NCBI RefSeq assembly: GCF_964204645.1
Contig: NC_134027.1
Span: 25,568,560 to 25,632,559 of the forward strand
Direction: 5' to 3'
Length of the DNA: 64,000 nucleotides
Origin: Tubulanus polymorphus
Lineage: Eukaryota > Animalia > Nemertea
This document shows positions 12,300 to 23,085 of this stretch, piece after piece. The position numbers and the translations under genes were made by a program. Within the stretch, counting starts at the first letter, position 1, and the number at the start of each line of letters is the position of its first letter. Below the pieces are notes generated by a model. That model did not search any database, had not been told where the DNA came from, and was given only the letters and a program-made list of their open reading frames with translations.

Positions 12300-12930
12300 G
12301 GAGGGATCTATATACATCTAAGCCGAGTTGACCGTTGGGTTTTTCAGAATATCAAGGGTATTTAAGGTATTCAAATAGTTTTTGCGGGGTTCGTTAAGTA
12401 AGGTACAGTCAAACAGAAAATGGGATTCGTCACCTTAAGTATTACAAGTGGGGCGTATTCTATCGGCTCTGTCTAAATGCAGGTTTGAAAATTTGTTCAC
12501 TGGTAAAATATAGGACCCGACCCTAAATTCAAATAAACTAGTTCCTAAGTCATCACCAAGTTCTATTATATACTTCTCTAACCTAATATCATTTTTATAT
12601 TGCCTAAAGTTAGTGTATATCGGATTAGTATTTATGGCAGATACGGTTTCTTGAAGGTGCTGGTCACGGAGTATCTATAAGGCCACATTCAGCGTAGAAA
12701 ACTTTAATGATGATTTGATACAAGGCATTTCACTTATGTTTGCTGCGTTTGCTGTACTAGTTAAATTTTGCTTATTTAAATCAGAAGTGTCAATATTTCG
12801 TATATTTACATCAGAAATGACAATGTTAGGAGTTACATCAGGTACATGATTGTTACTATTTACATCAGGGTATGTATCTAGAGAATTTACATGCGAGCCA
12901 ACGATATTTCTATTTACATTTGGATTACTG
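12300..12930 (-). mobile_element. Internally deleted LINE relic (possible APE endonuclease start joined to the ORF2 C-terminal domain)
   Basis: Minus strand ...LKFSTLNV (12683-12707), followed within a few nt by ILRDQHLQE...FRQYKNDIRLEKYI..L...LFEFRVGSYILPVNK...RIRPTCNT*GDESHFLFDCTLLNEPRKNYL; homologous to the 10570-10860 fragment. Confidence 0.72.
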
Positions 12931-13770
12931 TCACATAAGTTTACACTATTTACAAATTCAATAACATATCGTCATCCTTATATTGACTCGATTTAAGCCT
13001 TACATGAATTTTGATTTTTTTTCAGACATCTAAGATCTAATTCGGGTTAATGAATGGAATATGATATCAATATCATTTTTGTGTCAGTATAACGTGGTAA
13101 GATTAGCATGCGAAATGTTGCAGCTATTTCAGGTCTCCCCAGCTAGAGGCGTCATTGGAGAATTTCGCGCAAATATCTAGCCGAAATTTCGAAACAGCTA
13201 AAATGATAACGATGTTTAAAAAATGAAAAAATTAATTGAACTAAAAATTGTTTGCCATCTAGATAGAACAAGGCTATCATAGGTTTGAACCCGGCTTTGT
13301 TACGTGTTACCGATTATAAATGGACTTGTTTTTGAATAGAGGATGAGGATTGTGACCCAGGATACCGCCCATGAGTGGAATGGATGTTGCATAAAGGATC
13401 TCGAAAAAAATCGAACTGAGAATTCCGCTGTCGACTGTGGCAATCGAGGATTCCGCTTGTTGCAAGCGAGGATTCGCCAGGTGGCAACAGTGTGCAGTAG
13501 GACATATTTCAATCTCTACCCTATTTCTGAAATTCTATAGATGATCATCTATATAAATTCGCTTGAACGAATATGAATAAAATGTACACATTTCTTACGG
13601 TTCATATGACTTTCCAGCACCAGACCCCTCAGGATATTCAGGTGTAAATTAACTCGAATAAGTACTTTTCAACTAAATCGGTGAAACAGATTGCAAATAT
13701 CAGCACACGTGGACGGGTTTAAAATGTATTTCAATCTAAAAGTTTTAATCTTGAAACCCGCTTATCAGGC

Positions 13771-13829
13771 TATATAACTGATAGAATTTCACCGGTGGAT
13801 AATTGTTCTGAAGCTGATTATAAACTCAG
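13771..13829 (+). promoter_or_regulatory. Candidate TATA box and short non-coding first exon of the peptide gene
   Basis: TATATAA at 13771-13777; strong donor CAG|GTAAGC after 13829; matching acceptor tttcag ends at 14463, one nt before the ATG at 14465. Confidence 0.55.
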
Positions 13830-14464
13830 GTAAGCGCATAAACTTCGGTTTTAAATGCTTTCAGTCTTTTTTTCTTAAAGTCTCAATAATAGTTTTATCT
13901 TGATAGTTTTATCTTGGTCCGTGCTTTGGTTATAAGATGTTTCCGAACCGTTTTCTGAGTCATTATGAATGAATGAGTGTTAAGTGTATAAAATGTGTGC
14001 GACTTGAACGATAAAACTATGGACTCCAAAACAGTCCCGCTTAAGTTGGCCGTCGGTCGGAGGCAATCAAACCCTGGCAATCGAAATAACGACAATATTG
14101 ATAAACCCGCTTTAATTTGTTATAAGTTCCCTCAGTTCGGATGCTCTTTCGTGATCTTCCTTGCTATTTCACCATTTGATTCTCTTCCATGGTGTTATAC
14201 TACCTACGTATTCATAACATATCCCCAATTCCTAACATAACACGACCATCAACTTTTTCGTTGGGTTAAAACATCCATTGTTCTCGAATTATTCACTGCT
14301 AATTTATTATTTTACACTATTCTAACTCTGATTTTGGGATTATCTGCGATATAAAATAAGCGGACCTAGTGCAAATAACTAAATGATTAAATCAGAATAT
14401 TACAATATTATAGTAACTCAGTAGCTGTTTAACCGAATCTAAACTTTTCTAATTCACTTTCAGA

Positions 14465-14962
14465 ATGTTTACTAAAACTCTGTTCATCGCGTTGGCCTTG
14501 TTTATGGTCGTTGGAGCTGTCGCGGCAACTGAAGGTACCGTATTTTGTTAGGTTCTAACAGAGAGTTTTCATTTTCGCGATTGATAGAACACTATATCCG
14601 TGTTGACGCGATGTAGAGAGAATCCCACAATTATAACGAAAAAGTCCGAAAATGTAACTTCGAGATAGTAGTTTATTTCAACGTTTCGACTATATCCTGA
14701 AGATGACTATTAGGATATAGTCGAAACAATGAAATAAACTACTATCTCGAAGTTACATTTTCGCGGACTTTTTCGTTACATACAGTTTTCATTTTGTTTA
14801 ACAAGTTCAATCAACGAGGCGTTTTATCTATTTACAGAAATTCAGACCGAAAAGAGAGGACTTCCGTGTACTTGTCGTGGGCGAGCTGGTACATATTGGT
14901 TGGGGAATCATAATCCTTTGTGTTGTTCTGCCTTCGCGGGAAGCTGTTGTATCAATTACTAA
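14465..14962 (+). CDS. Secreted cysteine-rich peptide precursor (64 aa), APETx/BDS-like beta-defensin-fold toxin candidate; exons 14465-14534 and 14838-14962
   Basis: Spliced (phase-1 GT-AG intron) product MFTKTLFIALALFMVVGAVAA-TEEIQTEKR-GLPCTCRGRAGTYWLGNHNPLCCSAFAGSCCINY*; hydrophobic signal peptide, dibasic site, 6 Cys, AATAAA 60 nt after the stop. Confidence 0.88.
14576..14783. mobile_element. Penelope-like inverted-pLTR mini-element (family 1) inside the peptide-gene intron
   Basis: Nearly the same tail (tagaacactatatccgtgttgacgcgatg) and arms as 5694-5945; 12-bp direct repeat AGTTTTCATTTT at 14564-14575 and 14784-14795; CTGAAGA-T-GACTA..TAGTC-GAAAC. Confidence 0.8.
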
Positions 14963-15021
14963 GATTTTGTTTCTGATATTTCGCTATGATACATAAAAAT
15001 ATCGGTTTATTCTAGTTGAAT

Positions 15022-15027
15022 AATAAA
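15022..15027 (+). terminator. Polyadenylation signal of the peptide gene
   Basis: AATAAA 60 nt downstream of TAA, followed by T-rich sequence. Confidence 0.6.
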
Positions 15028-15078
15028 CAGAAACAGATCTAATGTATGACATCTTTTCTAGTTTTTAGCAGGTTTCTA

Positions 15079-15450
15079 TTTTAGCCCACTTTGGGTGTAG
15101 CCCCAGTGGGCTATTGCGTTCTTATTTCTTTCCGTCCATCTGTATTTCTATATAGTTCATAACCTAGTATCTAGAACCTTTACATTCACGCAGATCTACG
15201 AGGAAAATCGATGAAATTTGCGAGGAAAGTATTTGCGTGGATTTCAATGAATGATGTGGAGATTTTTGCAAATTTGGAGTTACGGGAGAATTTGCGACGA
15301 AAATTGCGTGGCGTGACGTTAGCGAATAAGGTCGACTAGCTATTCAAGTTGTTTGATGTAACTTCAAAAGATGTCATCCCTCGCCCTAGCGCTGCCGGGA
15401 CTCGAGTCCGGGGCCTTATACACGTTAGCCTAGAGTGTCCACCACTTGGA
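15079..15450 (+). mobile_element. Helentron-associated (HINE/DINE-like) non-autonomous element; short relative at about 58116-58235
   Basis: Starts in a T-run with hairpin tagcccact..agtgggcta, then a tccgtccatc microsatellite seed; the same hairpin occurs at 58116. Confidence 0.45.
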
Positions 15451-16143
15451 CGCTCTTCGACTTACGGGGTTACTAAAACTGGATCGTCGAAAATATCCAC
15501 AGCCCGGAGACAATTCTATAGAGAACCAGCCTCTACAAAATGAAGACTTGACAAACACCTCAATTTACTCATCGCCAAGAGACAGTTAAAACAGATTCAC
15601 ACAATAGACTATAGAAACAGTCTTACACAATGCTGATTAAATGTTATTTCTAGTGTCAGTACCGCGTGGAATGGCTCGACATTGCAGCTCAACCCGTGAC
15701 GACAGTGAGGCAATTTCTTTCAGTAGATTTTATTGCATATTGTGTGACAAATGAGAATTTCAAAAAGTGTAGACCCCGCCATCACTATCGAAAGTCGCTA
15801 CGCTTGAGTCGTGGTCAGATCAAGTAATTTGCCAACATACAGAGTCTATCAAATCGTACACAAAAACAATTAAAGATCAGTCACGATAGAATAGATGAAT
15901 TTTGTTATTTTTGTGATTTTTTGCGGATTATTTATCATTCAAGGTTAGATCCATGTTCTGATTTTCCTACTGTGGTATGCGACTAATAACATCCGCTCGA
16001 TCGAGGATGGCTCCGATTTGGAGCCACCCAAACTGAACAGCGGTAAGTGACTGTTAACACTTCCGCCAGGGCTCGCCATTATTTCGATTCTCGCTCTGAA
16101 ATTCGGGGAAATTCGGACCCAATTTTCATTGAAAATCTCTGAA

Positions 16144-19100
16144 ATGGACGACAAACAAAATGTTTTAGACGCTTTAAATCGTAAGTCGATCGTATTCCGA
16201 GTCGTATTCGATATTTCTGATATTTTCAACTCGGTTTTTCATCGATTAATCGGATATTTTTGGGTTGTTTAATTCAGTATGTCGTTCTTTATTCTCTTCT
16301 CTCAACTCCTCTGCTGCCGACTTGCGCTGCGCTCGTACACAGAATTCGACCGTTCCTCTTCCACTGACGACGAGGAGAAAAATAAAGGAGAAATTCCGCA
16401 CGTTTTAGAACAATTTTTGTGTAACATCGCGAAAACTGGCCAAAGTCTGTGAGTATTAAATGAGCTGAGACAATATAATTCAACTGATCGTGGCCAAATA
16501 TTGAGAGATATTTTCCCATTATAAAGGCCCCTCCTTAGCCCTTGATAATCCTCTCCACTCGGGCTAATTCAATTGTTCCAAACGTTCCCATTCCCTGCCC
16601 CATGCAGCCAACGCTCCCCTATTCTCTTCCCGATCCAAATGCTGTTACACTGCTTGCCCTGTACAGTAACCCTCTCTCACTTGTTAACCACGCGTCAGAA
16701 TCGGTTCATGTCGGCGTACCTTCATTTCAGATTCAGAAGCGCTCCATCCTGTTCATCAAATGCTACCCGCCCCATTCAAATACTCCCTTATTCAAACCTT
16801 CCCCCTGTTCCATACCCTATCCATAGGTTCCTTCATCTTACCATTCTAATCTACCTCCATCCCCTGCCTTTCCAAAATAACTCCCCCTCCTGTCGAAATA
16901 GTCCTCTATTCATATAATCAGTGTTGCCACTTCTCCGGATTTCTCCGGAATTCCGGATTTTACAAAAATACAATTTCATTTCCGGATTTTCGGGAGAAGT
17001 CAAATAACCACAAAAGAAAACTTCGCGAAAAAAATAAAATCAATACGGGATTCGACCCTAAACATCAAAACGTGACGGCTCCGTAGTGGGTTCGAAAAAG
17101 CCGTATTGTGCTGCCACGTAGTGGCGATAACCCCGCAGTACACGATTAAACCCTAGAACATAGTTCTATGATTAAACCAAGATGACGCGACGATCGAAAT
17201 CGACTGACGCTTCATTTGTTTTTTGACTCTCTGGTTTATATATGCAGTGTATTTGACGGAACCAATCGCTATTTGAAAAAAAGATCTATAGGCGGTAATG
17301 AAAGTGAGGCCTATAACGCGTATTGCGCCAAAACGCATCTCCTGGCGTTCTAATTTCAAAAATTTTTTGGGGGAGGGCCCTCAGAGCCCCGACTTATTTT
17401 CCGGATTTTTAGCTTCACATAAGTGGCAACTCTGTATAATTATTGTTTCAGTTTTCCGTGGTCGAAGTTGAAACCGTTGTTTCTGCAGAAATTTGAACTA
17501 TCGATGCGTAAGTTCTTCGAGGAGAGTAACACCGATGAACTGGCGCCGTATCCGAACGTAGAAAATGTCAAATTCGCTGAAATGTCGACGAGGATTTTAG
17601 AAGCGCTCGATTCGTTTACGGAGTAAGGATTAGAATCGGATTAGATGAATCAACGATATTGATTCCCCCCTTACAATCGGGGTTCATCTTAACTACAGTC
17701 CGGGTTCAACGCGAGGCTCTTAAGTGCTTAAAAGTGCTTACTTTTGAAAATATTTAATGAAGCCCTTGAAAAGTGCTTATTCTTTTCAAAGAGTTTCAAA
17801 GAGTTATTGCTTTTGGTATCCCAAATTGGTTTTTTTTTTTTACAAACATGTGTTATTCCAATATTTATACCAGTATTTGAAAAAATTTACTTCGGGCTAA
17901 AAATGATTTATATTGTAGATTAGGGCTGTGGTCTAAACCGATATGAAAAATGTCACTTTTTGCCTTGTAAAAGTAGTTACTTTTTTTATCAATAAGTGCA
18001 GGGTCTACTTACCCCATATTACATATTTTCTATCAATTAATTGCAGGGCTCCATTTACGATTCAGAGATTGTGCGAGTTGGTAACGGAACCGAAGAGACA
18101 TTACAGACGCACTGACAAATTCCTGCGCGGCATCGAAAAGGTTTGAATACTTCCATTTTATTCAAATAGATAATTGAGCGTTCAGCTCAGTGTGTGTAGA
18201 GTTTGGATATTCCCATATTTTCAGGGCCATTAATGCTTCTCAGTTGTTCAAAACCTTGCGGCTTTGCCTCTTACTTTGACTGTGTTAATTGATTGGATAA
18301 GAAAAGCTTGCCACCCTGAATGGTTTTCATAAAAGCTCGATCCATTCACTGTTCTAACTAAATACTTAATTCTTGAAGTCTTGATTTTTTTTTTTTAAAC
18401 AAAAATTCACTTCTTACTTTCAGAATGTAATGGTAGTTGGTACAGTTGATCCGGAGGGAAGGTTTGTATCGAAAACTTTTTTCTTAGAAATGTGATTCTT
18501 CGTAGATGTGTTTGTATATGTTTCTGGTGATGAGTGAAATAATTTTTTGATGGATCTGTAAGCTGAAACCTTTAAGCGAGATCCTAACCTCATATTCAGA
18601 GATCGATATATCACCTGGCCCTGATTCCGTCAAGCTGGAATTCCTTTTTTTGCAGGCAGGGTAGTAACATAGCAAGGAATATCTGGAAATACCAGATTTA
18701 CATTTCTCCGCAGGGAATTCTGACTAATTTCTTGAAAATTTAGGAAACTTTATTTTTGGTGTCTTGTCATTCTTGCTTGGAACAAAGTGGCGTAGGAAAC
18801 CCTCTCGAGAAGAAACAGCCCCCACTGATAATATCTTATAATTTGATCAGACAATCTTTGGTCAACGCTCATGGGAAGAACCTAGATTTATGCGGATTGA
18901 GTTTGTTAAAATATTCATCCATTCTTCTAAGTGCCTCGGTAAGACGAAACAAATTTCGAAACACACTTTGGTGTTGAATCCCGAGGATAAACACGTTAAC
19001 GCTCGAACAAGGAATACTGGATTCCGAATTGCCGGCAGGGAACATCAGGAAATCCTGATTTCTGTATTTGAGCAGAGCTAAAGTTCTGACCTGTTTTTGT

Positions 19101-21555
19101 GAGTCACAATGGGAGAAGATAAAAAACGGATGAAAGTTTTCATTTTTTTGCCCTCACAGATCCCGATATGTGTTCACCTGTTTATCCACTCCAAATATAC
19201 GTTACTTGCCCGATATAACTAAAAGGTAGGTTGAGAAATGAAAGTAATCAACCATCAAAACCACAAACTTAACGACCTTTTCACATTTTTACACGCGTGT
19301 GTGTGAAGTCTCATTAAAAAGTATTCTGGCAATGATGTCTCCATCTTGACAAAAAGGTAACCTGAATGGGAAGGCAGGGGTCCAGCCCCCAAGATCACCC
19401 CTAAAATCCACCCCTAAAATCCACCCCTATGGAGGTAACAATCTTTAATGGGCCAGTAGGCTAACAGGAAACCTGGCCTTCGTGAAACTGGGCCAAGATC
19501 TAGATTTCATCAGATTTATTAAGAAATGCTATTTTACGAAACTGCATTCCGTTTTCTCTATCGCGATGTTTTATTTGTTTACAGGAAAATTCCGACCGTC
19601 ATGAAAAAGATGTTGTTTAACGGAATCGATTCTAACGGTCACAACAACAACTCTACGACGATGACGCTTCCCGGCTCCGACGAGCAACCCGTCGACAAAA
19701 CAACGCCCCCTACCGACGGAACGACTAGTTACATTTCACCGCCGTCCGACGACGAGCTGGACGATATCGTCGACATCGGGGGCGGCGATCACCATCGTAA
19801 CCGTAGCGACAGCGGCGGTCACATGTCGTTTATCGGTAATCTACAGCGTATGTACAACAATACGATAGCGGATAATAGCGTTAACGATCGGTCGCGTAGC
19901 AACGACGCGGAGCCACGCGACGACGGCAGCGAGCCCGTCGCGAAAACCGAGGACGAATCGGTGTTTGTGCCGTTAGGCGACAAGCAGATGGATTCCTCGC
20001 AGCCTACAGGTGACGCTACTAGCGACGACGCGGACATGAAAGACGAACAACAAAAACTCGATCAGGATTCATCATCATCGTCCTCTACTTCTTCATCTTC
20101 ATCATCATCATCTGTAGAGGAGAGAAAGGATGATCCGTCCTCTTCGGCAGTAGAGGGGAGGAAGGATGATGATGATCAGTCCTCAGCAGTAGAGGAAAAG
20201 AAGGATGATCAGTCCTCCTCAACAGTAGAGGAGAGTAAGGATGACCTGTCTTCCTCATCAGTAGAAGAGAAGGACGATCAATCCTCAGCAGTAGAGGAGA
20301 GGAAGGATGATCATTCCTCCTCATCTGTAGAGGAAAAAAATGATATCTCAGGAATTCATGAGTCTTTGCAGCAGCATAGCAACGATTCATCCATCACCAC
20401 GGTTACAAACAATTCAACTTTTGTCACGGATACGGACAATTCATCTACCATTGTCGCCACGGAAACAGACAGTTCAACTGCTGTTGTTGCTATGGATACT
20501 GACAGTTCATCCGTCGTAGTTGCCATGGATACTGACAGTTTGTCTGATAATCTCGCCGTGGTTACGACTACGGAATCATCGTCATCGGTTACAACTAGCA
20601 ACGATTCAAATCACGAACGAATGGATTTTAACGAATCTGCGGAAAATTCAGCGTCAGAATCAGAGCAGACGCAATCCGAGCAGACGCAATCCGAGCAGAC
20701 AGTCGACGAATCAACGCAATCCGAGCGGACAGTCGACAAGCCTTCATATCAACCGCAGCAGACATTTCTATCAGACGCGGGAACCGTTGAAATGACTGCT
20801 GAAACTTCAAACAGCGACAGGGAGACCGATAGTAACACAGAGGAACATACTTCACAATCAAATACTGTATCATCAGGTAAGACTCATCATCGTAGCGCGA
20901 CATTATTACCCGCGTCCAATTTCATGAAACAGTTCAAGTTTTAAACGGTTAAGTTTGAGTTATTGTCCTCAAGGAAATGACCAATAGCAATAAAACCACC
21001 AAACACTTATTATCAGTGAAACTGGACCCTGATCTCATTCTCCATCTCCCTCCTGATCAATTGTTGTCTTGTTGTGGTGGCACAAAAAGGGATAGCCCCA
21101 AGTAAAATTTGCTGAACCTGCAGCTTCTCGGCTAAATTATCAAAAAGTCTTGATTATTTCGAAAATGGTTTCAATTGAAATTGAGAAATTATGTTGCTTG
21201 AATGTCTTTGTGAGGGGGTGGTATGATTTGATCTGGTTGGCTTTTCCCGGCTCAACCTTTTAATTGTTTCTCTACATCTTAATGATCATAGTTACTAATT
21301 AGTATCGAGTGAAATGTTTATAAATCAGTTTTTGTTGATCGATTGTGTTTTTTAGACGAACCTCCTATGAAACGTTTACGTACGGATGATTCGTTCGATT
21401 CGTCGTCGATTCATCAACGCGCGGACAATACGGAATCAGAGGAATCTACGTCGTTAGTTCGCGCAGAGGAGTCTATATCACAGACTAGCGAGAAGGAGAC
21501 AGCAGCTGATGAGGAGGTTTCGGAACCGGCTTCCACTGAGTCAAACAGTGCATAA
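16144..21555 (+). CDS. PPP4R2: Serine/threonine-protein phosphatase 4 regulatory subunit 2. Exons 16144-16180, 16343-16448, 17452-17622, 18047-18140, 18424-18461, 19585-20876, 21356-21555
   Basis: In-frame spliced product [14 protein letters not shown]...[23 protein letters not shown]...[60 protein letters not shown] matches the PPP4R2 signature [14 protein letters not shown]...DKFLRGVEKNVMVV; acidic low-complexity C-terminal tail. Confidence 0.95.
16919..17434. mobile_element. hAT-like non-autonomous transposon in PPP4R2 intron 2
   Basis: 14-bp TIR cagtgttgccactt / aagtggcaactctg (1 mismatch); TATAAT on both flanks (16913-16918, 17435-17440); subterminal tccggatt repeats. Confidence 0.75.
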
Positions 21556-22789
21556 TATGGTTTTGCTATATCGCTACAGGTCGGATAGTCGTCCAGATTT
21601 TTAGGTCGGTTTTGATACAGCTATCGGTAACCACGCCCTCCGCAGATCAATCAAAGTCTGGCAGGGTTCCTACAACTCCTCGTTTCCTTAAAAACTCAAT
21701 TCTAAATAATAGAAAACCCGTTTAAGGTGCCTGAAACTCCTTCAATTTTGAGAAATAGGTAATTAGAAATGTTTCCCCCAGTAGACTACACCCTGTATCG
21801 ATACAGTTGGCACCAAGATTTGTTTTTATCCAATTAGAAAGTTTAGTTAGTGTCAAGGATAAAATTTTTCTTACAAAACCACCGAATTAATGGTTTACCG
21901 AGATAAACAGTACTAATTTAGTAGTGAGTCTACTGTAGGGTATGAAAGTGATGCAGACACTTCCACAAAATTTGAAATTTTTTCCTTGAGAATTCCTTGA
22001 AAACTCTGTACATCCAGGAATGTCAGATCTGACCTTGTGTGTATGAAATATGTGCCTGAGGATAGGAAAACTCTGTCAGTTGTCTAACGGTGGTGGATAC
22101 AGATAATAGATCGTCTGCGAGGGTTGCAAGGTCGAGGTAGTAGCAGATTGTCTGAGGGGGTGTGGTTACAGAGAGTTGATTGACAGCTGTTTAAATATCG
22201 TCGGTCATCACCTCTCCTGAATTATTGTCAAATATTACAGGGTTTTATTGTACCATACTTGTTCATCTAACACATCACAATTCTTTATTTCATCGCGGTT
22301 AAAGCTAAATTGAGTTTCAGGATCCGGTTCTACGGTTTCTGTTCAAACTCGACTCTTTAAGACCATTTCAGTGCTGACCAATTAAATACCTGTTAAGTGC
22401 TGGTGATAATTGTAATAATGGGGATAATAAGACTGCGCTTATTGAACGTAGATGCACTGAAAGGGTATGAGTTAATCGGGACTGGATCCTTCGAGCTTTG
22501 AATTTGAGCATTGGCGTGAAAAGAATAACAAAAACGGGTTCGTCAAAATGCCCTAAAAATGTAGCATATTCTATGAATGAGTGTCACATCAGTTTTATTT
22601 ATTCGAAGAAATGTATTTTATGTACAGTTTATTATTGTATTTATCGACGGAAATCTACACCAAGTTCTACAGTTGTCAGTCGAGTCACAGGGTTCGTGTA
22701 GTCCATCAAATTCATGAAAAACTCTTGTATGTGGGCATGGAATTGATTCCATCGCCATTGAACCTAGGGTACAACCAGCAGAATCAGAG

Positions 22790-23085
22790 CTAAATTTTAA
22801 ACCCAGACAACTCTGGAACTGAATGCAGAGCTAAATTTAAGCCCACACAACTGTGGAACTGGATCCAGAGTCAAATCAAACCCAAACTTCAGTGGAACTG
22901 GATCCAGAGCTGAATAAAATCCACACAACTGTGGAACTGGATCCATAGTCAAATCAATCTTGTGGAACTGGATCCAGAGTTAAATAAAACCCACGCAACT
23001 GTGGAAATGGATCCATAGTCAAATCAAACTTGTGGAACTAGATCCAGAGTTTAATAAAACCCACGCAACTGTGGAAATGGATCCT
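22790..23085. repeat. Tandem array (about 33-40 bp units, about 8 copies) of the MITE family B terminus
   Basis: Repeated ctgtggaactggatcc(agag/atag)t; matches the family B TIR. Confidence 0.85.

Noticed and set aside
19819-20903. Antisense and alternative-frame ORFs over the large PPP4R2 exon
   Set aside because: Shadow ORFs of a low-complexity coding exon
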